Shown here: piece by piece, positions 33,495-45,892 of the stretch
Position numbering within the stretch: position 1 is the first letter of the stretch
Layout: each line of letters starts with the position of its first letter
Source of the DNA: Saprolegnia diclina VS20
Taxonomy: Eukaryota
Assembly (NCBI RefSeq): GCF_000281045.1
Contig: NW_008246083.1
Span: 438,235 to 502,234 of the forward strand
Direction: 5' to 3'
Length of the DNA: 64,000 nt
Program-made: the position numbers and the translations under genes
The notes under the pieces: generated by a model
The model's input: only the letters and a program-made list of their open reading frames with translations
Database searches by the model: none
What the model was told of the DNA's origin: nothing

Positions 33495-34775
33495 CTAGCC
33501 GACGATGGCGACGAGGACCTTGGCGAGGGCCTCGAGGCTGTAGACGCCGGCCGCGAAGGCGTCGCGGGACGAGCACATGGCGGCGATGGCGGCGCTGCTG
33601 GGCGCAACGTGCACCGCCCAGAGATCCGTGGCCGGCGCCGGCGTCATCGTGCTCGACGGCTTTTGCTCGATGGAGATTGTGACGTCGCCGTTGCTCCAGC
33701 GCTCGACGATCTGGAAGAGCACTTTCTCAGGTCGACTCTGTTGCCATGGCTTGGGCTTGGTGATTGCTTTGCCTGCTGCTCGCGGGGCCTTGGACTTGTA
33801 CGTTGCAGTGGTCGCTGCTGGCTTGGCACGGAACGTCAACTGAAAGTCCATCTTGGCGCTTGTACTCGCAATGACGCTGATGGTGCTGGCAAAGCCCGCT
33901 GTGTGCTTGCCGGTGGCTCCTGGCGTTGCGACCTTGAGCACCGGAAACGACGCCGACGATAGCTTTGGGATGTTGCTGCGCTTACTGAAGAGCGTCTTGT
34001 ACGACGGCGCGTCGGCAAATTGACGGTACTGCAGCGCGTGGAGCGTCACCTGCGTGTGCACGTAGCCCTGCTCCATAGCCCACAAACGTACGGCATGGGC
34101 GCGCCCAGTATGCAGCATGTACCGGTTGAAGTAGTCTTGCGTCGTTGCGTGCAGTGAGGCCCACTCGGCAGTCGAGACCGTGGCGCAGCGGTGGCTCGAC
34201 GAGACCATGAAGTTTTTTCCAAGGACGGCTCCGATGCGCACGTCGGTGGTCGTCTTTTGGAGGCGGGCAAAGAGCGTGTGCACATACGGCTGTGTCGCGC
34301 GGAGCTCGTTGGCAAAGGTGACCGCCTTGCCGCCGGCGCCAACGATGGCGGGCGCGTCGCACGAGCCGAGCTTTGTCGCTCTGCCGGTGCATGCGACCAT
34401 GGTTGCTGTAAAGCAGCGAGCGGACGACGTCTTGCACGTCGACTGCAACGTGGACGTGTTGATGTGGTGAAGCCGGACCGCGCCGGGCAGCGACGGCCCG
34501 TCGTACTGATACACGTAGAGAGACACCCGCTGGGACCACGGCGTCGACAGCGCATGGGCAATCGCTTGCTTGATACTCGCTTTCGCGGCTTGGACGTCGA
34601 GCGCGCTGCCTTCACAGACGACGTACTGGGTTGCCCCTTGCTTGGCCACGTAGCAGACGTGCAATTGGAAGGTCTTCTCAATCTCCCGGAGCCGCCAGCC
34701 GCCTTTACCGACGATGAGGCCGGCGATGCTGCGCGGCAAGACGACGCACGACTGCGTGCACTCGGGTCGACCCAT
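33495..34775 (-). CDS. KH-domain protein with uncharacterised C-terminal region (intronless; start uncertain)
   Basis: VVLPRSIAGLIVGKGGWRLREIE...VCEGSALDVQAAKASI is a type I KH domain with a GxxG loop, within ORF 33495..35108. Confidence 0.75.
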   Translation of the reverse strand: MGRPECTQSCVVLPRSIAGLIVGKGGWRLREIEKTFQLHVCYVAKQGATQYVVCEGSALDVQAAKASIKQAIAHALSTPWSQRVSLYVYQYDGPSLPGAVRLHHINTSTLQSTCKTSSARCFTATMVACTGRATKLGSCDAPAIVGAGGKAVTFANELRATQPYVHTLFARLQKTTTDVRIGAVLGKNFMVSSSHRCATVSTAEWASLHATTQDYFNRYMLHTGRAHAVRLWAMEQGYVHTQVTLHALQYRQFADAPSYKTLFSKRSNIPKLSSASFPVLKVATPGATGKHTAGFASTISVIASTSAKMDFQLTFRAKPAATTATYKSKAPRAAGKAITKPKPWQQSRPEKVLFQIVERWSNGDVTISIEQKPSSTMTPAPATDLWAVHVAPSSAAIAAMCSSRDAFAAGVYSLEALAKVLVAIVG

Positions 34776-35654
34776 CGCTGCGTCTCGAGGCAAATCTTCA
34801 AGTGAACACATCAAGACATGATCGAATATGAGAGGCGCGTTTGTCGAAGCCGCTATACATACCATTTTATAGAGGTTTTTGGATGGCGGGCCACGGTCCC
34901 AGCTCGCGATGACTGCGAATCTGTAGTGCACTGGGCCGGCGCCGTATGTCCTTGCATGTCGGTGCTGCAGTGTCCTACCTCGCCATCGTCTGCTCCATGT
35001 ACGAGCGTTGTGACCGACAGTATGCAACTTCAACTGTTGCAGTAGCGTGTCCAGTTCTTGGTGGTTGATGGCTGCATTGAGCGGACTCGTGAGAGCTACC
35101 CGCACCATGGACGCTGCAAAGCTTGCGGCCTACCGCTCGGCACCAAGGCGTCGTCACAGTCGTTTTATCTCGGTCAACTTGATCGTGCCTGGCTAAGATC
35201 TGATATGCGGCATTTTGATTGGTGGACACAGGTTTCAAGTACGTCGCTGATTGGCTCCTCAGAATCGTGCTGGATAAATTCGCTGCGTAGCTCTGCTAGC
35301 ATGGATGCAAGAACGCAGAAGCGGCCCATTCAACTCGATTTATGAGCTTTGCGACGTGCTAGCTGGTCCCAGATGCTAGATCCAAAATACTAGTCTTGAA
35401 CATCCTTGATAATACGAAACTCATAGCTGCGTATGACTCAATGCTCCCACGACAGAGGCCTCCTACATCGATCTGGGGCCGACCACACTCGGTCGAGGAA
35501 TAGCTCAGTACGAGGCCGAGGGCGTCGCTCCACGTAGCAAGGACCACGCGCGATCTCCCATCGTATCCGAGCGGTCACTCTTCCAGCCATCGAGTCGCGC
35601 AGTCAAAATGAATTGGTCTGGCTTGTCCTACGTAGTCCCACGAGCAGTACATCA

Positions 35655-35694
35655 ACTCAATTGAGTTTATGTACTCAATTGAGTTTATGTACTC
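35655..35694. repeat. 18-bp tandem duplication containing palindrome ACTCAATTGAGT
   Basis: actcaattgagtttatgt x2 plus actc. Confidence 0.85.
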
Positions 35695-35796
35695 TAGGCA
35701 GTCTTCCACCACCGAGTCCAATCCCAGCCGACGCTATCGCGCTTTCCTTGTCTCTACAAAAACTGACAAAATAGTGTGCACATTGCCAACGTTCGA

Positions 35797-37245
35797 CTAT
35801 TGCATGAGCTGCACAATAAAGTTGAGGAAGAGCCCGACGTACGACCCCGTAAAGAGCCCGGTGATGATGGCAAGCGAGCCCGTGATGCCGGCCAATTCTT
35901 GCTCGACGTCGCGGCACGTTGTTGGTGCGAGCATCATGGACGACGTGCCGACAAAGCCCGTGACAAGCCCGAGAAGCGCCACCAAGCCGTACGTCGCCAC
36001 GTCGGGGAGCAAGTACGGGTGCAGCACGTCGTACATGAAGAGTGGCACAAAGCTCAGCTGCAGCAGGAGCGGGTAGTGCACAGTCTCGACCGAGAGCAGC
36101 ATGCAGTGCAGTGGCAGCATCTTGCCAATCAGATCGCCCACCGTGTAGGCGCCGACCATGAGCACTGGAAACCACGACGAGGTCGACGCCACCGAGCTCG
36201 TGAGGCCTGGAAAGCACGCAAGGCAGACGCAAAACGTTGCGAACGCCATGCCCACGGGCCGCCACGCGCGACGCACAACCGAGAGGATCGAGGCTTCGTC
36301 CGACGGCGACTCTGGTTCGTCGTCGTCGATATTCACCGCAACGTCCTTGAGCATCGGTGTCGACTCGGTGGCCGCTGGGAAGAACGACTAGAAGAAGACG
36401 AGTGCTCCATCGTCGCAGCATATTGAGATCGTACCGGCGATTTGATGGGCGACCGGACAGGCGACGGCAGCGGCAGGGCCAGCGGCGTGTTGAACTGGAT
36501 GCGCACGTACGTCTCGAGCTTGGTCTTGGCGTAGACGTTTTGGTCCAGCATGGCGTACCTAGGAGCCATTACATGAGCGGTGGGTTGAGCAAGCAAAGCC
36601 GCACATGAGAAATGCCACCACGATCGCAGCGACCGCGAGGCCAAAGAAGAGCGAAAGCGCCGTGAGGTCCGTCGCATCGGCGTCGAGACCCCACTTGGTT
36701 GCAATGCGCGCGAGGACGAGGACCATGGCGCCCGTGCCCTTCCCGGCGTCAATGGCCTGGAGGAACGCCGGGCCAAAGACGGCTGCGAGGCCGTAGCTCG
36801 ACGACTGGATCAGCGCACTCGCCATGGATGCGATGATCAAGAGAAGAAGCGTCGCCGCGTACCGCAGTAGCTGGCTCAGCGACGTCCACTGCAGCAGCGG
36901 AAGGCCAGCGCACGAGAGGAGCATGCAAGTAAAGCCCGACCGCATGCGCCGGTCGAGTGGGAGCTGGCGGCCCGCGATGAGCATGAAGAGCGTGATCACG
37001 AGCAGCGCCGACATGTTGACGACAGGAAAGACGAAGCCGACCATGCCATCCGGGTACATGGCGATGAAGGTGTCGATGCTGAGGATGATGCACTGCCACG
37101 ACGCGACGCAGGTCCCGCCAAAGACGAAGAAGGTGGCGTAGGCCATGGCATAGCCAGGCGTCGAAAAGGTCGCGGCCTCTTCGACCGGCCGCGGCTCGTT
37201 GTGCGGCGACGGGATTTGCAGCGGTGGCAGGGCAGCGCGGGCCAT
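35797..37245 (-). CDS. Equilibrative nucleoside transporter (ENT/SLC29 family), 3 exons
   Basis: Multiple TM helices; YATFFVFG..W, QSSSYGLAAVF..GKGTG, FCVCLACFPG, GDLIGK, GLVTGFVGTSSMMLAP. Confidence 0.85.
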
Positions 37246-38102
37246 CGCTGTTCAATTGTCGAGTGATCGCTCCACTGCGCGATGTGGAGCCGTTACCGAG
37301 GTTCGTATTGGCCAGGTATTCCCTCGGTTGAAGAACATGACGGGTGCACGCCGGACGCCAGTCGCCATTTCTGAACCGATGCCGCAGTGATATCTGGCAA
37401 GGGTCAATAATCTGATTATTGACCCTTGTATCTGGTCCGTCGTCGGCGCTTGGCCCGAGTGTGATGAGCATGCTCATCACCATTCCGACACGACGTGAAG
37501 AAGCTTCTGAACTTCAAGTGCTCAAGAAAGAGACTGGAGAGTCGCGACTTCAAACCCGCTACAATTGGTATGGATCAAACAAGCGATGCGTCGTGGAAGG
37601 GCATTTTTAGTCGTCGGAATAGCTCAAGTAATTGCGCTCAAGTCTGCTCGTGACCAGTAGCTATGCCTCTGGCGTGCTAGTACATAACGTATCCTGGTTG
37701 GGTTTTGCCGAAGACCGATGATCGTCCGCCATCACACCTGGTTGTCAGTGGTCTACAGCATTCTTTCGATGGAATCGTTGTCACAATTGAAGTGTTGAAG
37801 CCCAAGGGCGACGACCACCGATGCCATGATGCAGTGAGCGGTGCGCCGCCAACGACGATGGCTGGTTGATGCTGGCCGGGGCAGAGAGTACGTGCAAGCA
37901 CGAGCTGCAGTCAGGTACTACAATACTGGCCATGTACACGGCGAAGAGGAGGCTGTGAAATGGCCTCAACACCTACAGTGTACTACCCACCCATCCAACT
38001 GCATGCAGATGCGAACGCCAGCTCTTGCTGAACGACCGACCGATCGTCCTCTCTGCTTTGATGAATGGCTCACACATTCCATGTCAAAACAAGACTGGTG
38101 CT

Positions 38103-40900
38103 TCACATGGTGTGGTGGGCCGTGACGACGGTCGCCGACTGGTACGGCGTGCGTGAGCGGTCCCGCGACGAGAGCAGTGGGATCCGGTACTCGTCGTACA
38201 CGCTTTGGTTGGGTTCGGCAACTGGTCGAACGATCGGTGATGGCGGCGCCTTGATGACGCGTGGGCGAGGCAACCCTCCGAGCGAGAGTGGTCGGTTCGC
38301 TGAGTAGCGCGGCGACGATTGCGCCACCAGCGGCAGGTGGGTTTTTCGGGGCGTGATGCACTTTTTGGCAACTGTCTCGGGCGCGGGCTTGCGTGGGCTC
38401 ATCCGCGGCGGCGGGAGCTCGTCCAGCGGCAGCCGCGGCAAGTGGCCAAGACGGTGGACGAGGTGCACCAAGCGCGGCGTGGTGGCCCGCAGTTGGAGCA
38501 ACTCGATGGCTTTGGAAAAGTGCCGGTCCTGCGCGTGGAGCTGGCGCGAGTGCTGGAAGAGGTGCACGCGGGGCGTCGAGCTAAGGTCCGCGCGGAGGTA
38601 CTGGAACGACGAGACGAGCGATTGGCCGAGGACGTGGGGCAGCTCGGTCGGCTGTGTGACGCGCCCCATGGCCATTGCGAGCCGCTGGATGCAGCGCAAA
38701 AACTCGTGAAAATTGAGGTCCAGGGACTCGCGACTCTCCGTATGCGAGAAGCCCACGTCGAGTTTGGCGGCATTGTACTCTTGGACAACTTCCTACACCC
38801 GAGGTATAGTTCAATGGAGAAAGCATCATCATTGCTGCCGCACTTGAAGCGAAAGCGGACGGAACTGAGGCGGACCCGCTTTCGTGTGGTTGTCTTTGGT
38901 CGACCGCAAAATGTCTACTTTGCAGTATCAAGATATCAAGTATAAACCCCAAACATGCTACCAAAACAGCGCGCAAACAGCAAAAAGTTGGCCAATGAGA
39001 GTTGCGTGCCAGTTTCAATCTATCAAGACACAGCTCGAACCAATCAAAAGGCCGGTTGATGTACGTGGCTGAGCGAGTGGCCGCCAAAGTGCGCAAACAA
39101 CTGCTTGAGCGGCCACACATGGGTGTGGATGAAAGCCATGACCTGGGGCTGCGAGATCTCGGGGCCCATGGGCTGGATCTCAATCTGCCGCGCACGAGGC
39201 AACACGTGATCCCGAAACAGCGCTTCGTGCACGTCCCCTTCCGGCATCTCCTACGTCCTACATCAGTACGAAAAGTCCTTCGAGCGGAGAGGAGCACAGA
39301 GAAGCCAAGGCACTTTTGAAGGACGAGCGTCGTGCCATGAACCCACTGCGCAAAGTTCATGCTGCCACCGCGGTGCGTCGGCGACGAGGCCGGTGGGAAG
39401 TTTTCGTCAACAACAAGCGGCTGGAAGCACGATGGCGTCGGCTGAAAGTGCAGGTGGATGCCCCGGGGTCCATACGTGGTGCGCGGGGACGCACGCGGTG
39501 ACGCGGCCGTCGTCGACGCGCGCGTCGCCAAAACAAAACACGCATCAATGTCCGGGTCGCAGAGGTTGTTGCCGTCGGCGCAAGTTGTGAGCTGGCAGTC
39601 CTTGACAAAGCGCACAAAGTTGCTCCGGGAAATCGTTTGAAAGTTGGTGAGGCTCCCGAGGAGGCAGTAGGCTAGAAACACTTTGCGGTACGCGCGGTTG
39701 GTGAAGATCGGCCCGTCGCCATGCTACACAAAGACGTAGCGCAATTAGGTACAACTAAGAATTGAAACAGTGTGCACCGTGTCGTAGACGAGGTCGGGGA
39801 CCATGAAGTGGCACAGTGCGGTGTATTCGGGCGACCGCTACACGCAGTCATTGTCTTGCACTAGACCAAAAGATGCACCTCGATGACAGCACCCGGGTAC
39901 AAGAGGAAGCTCGGGTGGACGTCGACCATGCGACCGCTGCGCTCGAGCCCGCGACGAAACAATAGACTGTCTACTCAACGAGGAATCGGTGTCTCGACTC
40001 GACGAGGGTACGTGTCTACCTTCGGTGTGCAAGTGGTCAAAGAAGGCTTGGAAGTTGCGCAAGACTGTGGTTTCGCAGACGTACTGGGAGAGGATGGCAG
40101 CGTAAATTGTGGAGAAAATGTCATTCTGCACGGTGATAAGGCCTTTCTTCTGCCGGCCAATGTGCGCCTCCAAGACGCTGCACTCGACGTGCAAGGACGT
40201 CTTCAAGCCCGGTTTGGCGCGCTGCCGTTGCTGCAACGTCGCTTCCTACGTGCTTTGAATGCAGCGACACCGTTCCACATGACAAGGTGTCGTACTTGCT
40301 TGGCCTGAAGCTGGTACAAACGCAGCGTGTCGGCTGCGATCGACGCTTGCGTCGTCCGGTTCATGTCGTGGATCGCGCTGCGGAAGATGTCAAATGTGAT
40401 CTTGCCGTCCGCAACACGCTTGGCCGCGGCGGCGACCGCGCCCTTGAGGATGTTGACGCCGGCGTCGCCCGTCTTCTCCAATGCGTCGAGTATCTCGTCC
40501 GCGACGAGCGACCCGTTGCCGTGGTAGTCGAGGACTGTAAAGTGCCGCTTCAGGTCCTCTTCGTCGGCAGCTTCTAGCGCCAGCTTCTTGGCCGCCTGAA
40601 TCTAGCCCAACGACATCAGCACGACATGCTTGTCGACCGAGGCACTTGTACTTGCAGGTACTCGAGGCGAGAGAGCTGGAACGTGCCGTGGCCTTCCTGC
40701 AGTGCCAAGAGCGCGCCGAGTTCGTCCGGCGACAGCGACGGCATGTGCTTGGCGAGCAGCTTGGTCGCCTGAAGTTTATCCAAGGTATTCCGCTTCCGGC
40801 TGTCGAACGCGTCAAACTCGAGCTCCAAGAGCGACCGCTCGTCGCCGCTGAGGACGTCATCCAGCGCGATGCGCCCGACATTCGTGGTCCACGCGGTCAT
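38103..40900 (-). CDS. EF-hand-containing protein, multi-exon (may be two genes)
   Basis: FDAFDSRKRNTLD, FTVLDYHGNGSLVADE and DGKITFDIF at the N-terminus; later NFVRFVKDCQL and LNFHEFLRCIQRLA, then a Pro-rich tail. Confidence 0.65.
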
Positions 40901-40959
40901 GGCGTTGGCAACGATAAAATTAGACAGGCAACGTCTATAATATCTAGTCTAGATGCGTC

Positions 40960-42949
40960 TTAGCCTTCCTTTTTGCGCTTGAGGTTGTTGCGGCTTTCCA
41001 TGAGCGACGCGCCCGTGCCTTCGGACGCAAGCACGTCCGTGATAGCGTACGGGCAGTGCCCGCCGAGGACCGCGCTCTGGTCGAGGAGCTGGAACGAGAG
41101 CGAGAGGTGGCCTCGCACGAGCACATTGACGAGCGAGAGGAGCTCGGTGGCGACCGGCGTCAAGATATGAAACTCACCGGACGCCAAGTCGATGCTGCGA
41201 ATGATGCCATGACCGACACACGGGAGAAGCGGGTAGTCGAGGAGGACGGTCGGCAAGTGCGTCTCCTTCGATTTCGGAAGAAGCGTCGGCGGCGCAACGC
41301 AGAGACCAATCACGCTTGCGTTCAGCGCGTAGAGGATCTGACTCGGCGGCGCCTAGTTACGATCTAAGATCGTATAGCAAGTTAAAACCGACGCACCGAC
41401 GAGCCGGTCACGCGCACAGCAACCGCGTGAAAAGGCACTCGGTACGGCAGCTGGCGCGTGTACATCATCGAGATTGCACGGCCGAGACTAGTGACAGATG
41501 ATGAACCACTCTGCCAGCAACACCACTAGTAGTCTACCGAGTTTGTTCCGACATGGCGTGACACGTTGCGAGCTGCAGCACCTCGGGCTCTTCGATGCGT
41601 ACGTCGCGCAAAAAGTAGGCGTGCCATCGGTACTGCCGCAGGTCCTTGGAGCCGCGCGCCGGCTGCGGCGGGGCTGCATCCCACATCTCGACCGGATGCA
41701 GCGTCCACTACACTGCCCATGAGCTTGCCAAGCTGGCAAAGAGGACAATGTCGACCTTGGGCGACGGTGGCACGTCAAACGACTTGGCTTTTGTCATGGC
41801 GACGACCTGCAGGACGTGCTGCGGCGCCGCGCAGTCCAAGATCGAGTGCAGAAGGTCGTAGCCCATGCTCTTGATCCAGCCATCCGTGTTGAGGACGAGC
41901 GGAATCGTCGGGTCTTTGGCTTCGTATGCCTGCAGAAGCGACGCGATTGCTTGAATGTACTGCTGCGGGTCGGCTTTCGGACTCGAGTACCCAAAGTACA
42001 GAGACCTAGATGGCGTCAGCAGCCGCGTGTCTCTGCATGTACGCTACCGGTACGCTGGCTGAAGATGCGTGTAGCTCGGGCCCAAGAGCGGGTCGGTAAT
42101 GTAGTGCAGCGAGAGGACACCAGGAGCGCACAGTTCGGGCTGGCCCACGTCCGAGTCGATGTAGGCGACCACGCGATGGCTCGACAGGAGCTGGTTGACT
42201 AGAAACTGCGTGCACGTCGACTTGCCGACGCCCTTGGCACCGCAGACAAGCACCTTGCGCGCCGCTACGTGCGTGCCAAAGCTCTCGCACACCCGGCGCG
42301 CGGCCGCGTGCCACGACGGCGGGAAGAAGAGCTCGCGCACTGCGTTGGGCTCGAGCGAGCTAATGGACGCGAAGAGCGCGGCGCCGTCCGTGATGGTCGG
42401 CGTCTCGGTCTTGGCCCGCTTCTTCGAGACCTTCTCGCGCGTCTCGGCCTCCGGGTAGCGGATGAACTTGAAGCCCGGCAGGCGAACATGCGCTGTCTGC
42501 CCGTCAAAGTACGATGCGAGGTTGCCGTATGTGAGGCGCATGGCGCGAAGCACGATGACGACCGGAAACCACGCGGCCATGTCCTTGGCGAGTGCGTCGG
42601 CCTGCGCTTCGTCCTCGTCGTGGAGCGGATCGGCCGCGTGCGTGAGGAGCCAGCGCGCCTTCGTCAGCGATGTGCACGGCGCTTGGTAGAGCGACGGCGA
42701 GTCCGATGCGACGATCGTGCTCAGGTTCGACCAGCGTGGCGAGTACAGGTCGAAGTAGACACCCGGCGGAAAGGCGAACCCGGACGAGTGCACTTGGCCT
42801 TGGAAGATGCGCAGATGGACCATGCCGGCGCCAACGAGCTTCTCGTTGGCGTCCATACCCATGACGACGAGGCGGCCAGAGGCGACAGCCGCGACCTTGT
42901 CGTCCGTGACGCAGTACGGCTCGCCGTACGAGGGTAGCGCGTCGGCCAT
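40960..42949 (-). CDS. NOL9: Polynucleotide 5'-hydroxyl kinase NOL9/Grc3 (Clp1 family)
   Basis: Walker A VCGAKGVGKST, DSDVGQPE...PG, LVLNTDGW, CVGHGIIRSID...FHILTPV. Confidence 0.88.
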
Positions 42950-43621
42950 CGCAGCAAAGATTGGATACGATGCACTTGATCGCTGGCAGCACACTATTCT
43001 TTGTGCGTTTCACTCTATTTCCAGTTAATAACACCATTTACTATTTGGTACCACCTCTGTCAATAGTGTATTTTTGGCATCTATCGTTAACGGTGGCGCC
43101 TGCCATAGTTAACAATAGATATAATACAAAATGCTCGGAGCGGCAAGTAGCCAGTCGACACCGCGCCTGTTGCACACGGCTGCGTCGATAGACAAGCAGA
43201 ACATTACGCGTCGGGCCTAATCATGCTCTAGCGCAGCGCAGGAGGTCGTCGCAGGCGTGAGTACCGTGTGTGGTACCGGTACTAGTAACTGGGTTACCAA
43301 CGTGGCCCATATTTGATGTTTGTATCGCGACGTCCGGATACGCGCCACGTAGAGGCCGCGGCTTCTCTCCCCGAGCCATTTTTTATTCATTTCTTAAAAA
43401 CCCATACAAAGTGCAAGAGAGAGTCCGGGATGTTAAAAAATGTTGAACGCGTATCCGGATAGGTGTTGCCCCGCGGATGGCATTTGCTGACTGCGCCAAA
43501 GGGAAATACCCACTACGACCGGTACCTCGCCACCGTCGTCCAGCGTCGCCGTCCCCCGTAGCGCGCCGCCCATCCACTACTCGCGTATCCTCTTGCCTGC
43601 GGTCGATCGAAGAGCACCAGC

Positions 43622-45478
43622 ATGTACTCGTCCTACTCGAAAGCGCCCAAGAAGGCGCACGAGGCCGGCCGCAACTCGGTCTTGACCGACCACGAAGCGC
43701 TGCACCGCGATGCGCGCGTGCACGAGTCGATCCAGTCGAACGAAAGCCGCCTCACGCCGTTGGATCTCGAGACGATCCTCTCTAACAAGGGCGTGGTCAA
43801 GTACTGGTACCTCCACCGCCCCAAGACGATGCAAATCGTCCACGAAAACGCCGTCAAGGTGCAGTCGGTGGGCCGCGCGTTCGCCGTGCGCTCGCTCATC
43901 AAAAAGGTAGTTGCATGCCTTAGCTGCATGGGCTTACGCCTTATGCGTGTAGTATGGCATCAACTACACGGTCGAGCTGGCCAAGCGCGACGCTGAGAAG
44001 AAAGAAGCGCTTCGACTCGCTGAAATGAGCGAGGAAGAGCGCCGCTTCCACGCCGAGGAGACCGCTGCGTTCGACGCGCGTGTCGAGGAGACGCGTCGCC
44101 TCAAGCGTGAGCAGACGGTCGCCGAAGAAGAAGAAGAGCGTCTTCGCCTCGAAGAGCTTGCCCGGCAAGATGCAGAGTACAGTTCCACGACGCACATCGG
44201 AATGGCAACTCATATGTCACTAGGCGTCGCGAACGTGAAGCCATGGCGGCTGCCGCGGCCTTGGCTGCGGACGAAGCCGCTCGCGCCGAAGCCGCGCGCC
44301 TCCTCGCCGAGAAGGAAGCCGCCGACAAGGTCGCGGCCGACCAGGCGGCGGCTGCTGCGGCGGCCGCTGCGCTTCTCGCTGCCGAAGAAGCCGCCGCCCG
44401 TGAAAAGTACGAAGCCGAAGTCGCCGCGGCCATCGCGGCGCAAGAAGCCGAAGAGAAGGCTGCCCTCGAACGCTACGAAGCGGAAGCCCGCGCGCAAGAC
44501 GAAGCCGACGAAATGGCGGCTGAGCTCGCGCGCGAGGCCGAGCGTCGTGCGCTGGAGCAGCGCGAGGCCGAAGAGCGCGAACGTGCGCACGCGGCCATGC
44601 TCGCCGAGAAGGCTGCCCGCGAGGCCCATGCCATCCGCGACGCGGAGAAGCAGGCCAAGTACGAGCAATCGCTCTCGAAGGACGTGCCTGTCATCGTGAC
44701 GGGCCAGGGCCGCGGCCGCGTCCTCTTCTATGACCGCGAAGCCGAGACGTACTCGGTCGCGATCGACCAGTTTGGCAACGACACGGAGGTCATGGAGGTC
44801 GACCCGAACCACGTCATCCTCGACGGCGAGCGCATCTTGTCGCCGCGGACGCTCGTCGATACGCCGTTTGGCGTTGGTGAGGTCGTTGGCATGGACCCGC
44901 ACCTCGGCTGCTACGCCGTCGCAAACCTCCACGGCGGCCAGAGCGACGAGCCCAACTCGTACGCGCCGCAAGCGTACATCCAAATCGTCGACGTCGCTCG
45001 GCACAAGGAGCGGGCGAGCAGCGTCATCATCGAAGAGGGCCTCGTCATGCCCGAGGAGATTGGGCTGGCGTCGGCGCGCATTGTGGACTCGCGCATCGTG
45101 ACCCGCGGCGGCCAGAAGTACGTGCAGTACAAGCTCGAGATCCAGACGACCAACTTTGGGACTGTCTACTGTTGGAAGCGCTACTCGACGTTCCGTGCGC
45201 TCTGCGACCGCCTCCAGAAGGAAGCCGGCTTTAAGAAGACGGAGATCCCGCAGCTGCCCAAGCGCCACATCCTCGGCAACCTCTCACAGAAGACCATTGG
45301 CGAGCGCGCCGACAAGCTCAACGAGTTTCTCGATGCGGCCGTGCGCGCCGAGCACCTCCAGTGGGGCATCAAGGTCGACGACACGATCGCCGTCTACAAG
45401 CGCCGCGTCAAGAAGCCGCGCGCGACGACCACCGCGAGCTCGCGCGGGGCGCCGCCGCCGTCGAGCCGCCGGCGATAA
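43622..45478 (+). CDS. Coiled-coil protein with C-terminal PX domain, 3 exons
   Basis: Ala/Glu-rich coiled coil; PX motifs YVQYKLEI, KRYSTFRALCDRL, PQLPKRH, ERADKLNEFL. Confidence 0.85.
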
Positions 45479-45892
45479 GCAGCCGGAGCCTGTATATACC
45501 CATGTCCTCCTCGCAGTCCCATGCCCTCCCCTAACTAATGTCTGGTGCGACAAAGTACATTCGTGTCAGTTGGGCGACGAGTCGTACACAGTCTCTATAT
45601 GCAAGACAGACTCGCCGTGACACAGCACTGCCGAGGATCTGGCAGCCACGTCCGATCCGCAGCACTCTGGTCTCGTCGGGGACGGAGCGACCGGTGGCCG
45701 TGGCTACGCCCTTGGCGGTGGCTACGCCCACGTCGTCAGTCGTTGAGCAGCCTAGGTCCCAATGGCAGTCGCAATGGCACTCGGACCTCGCTGTCGGGAG
45801 GATCGGGTTCTTGTCGACGCCGCAGCATGTTTCTTGGCGGTTGACGGGCATTTATAGCGTCGAAACCGAACGCAAATCGATATCAACCACCG

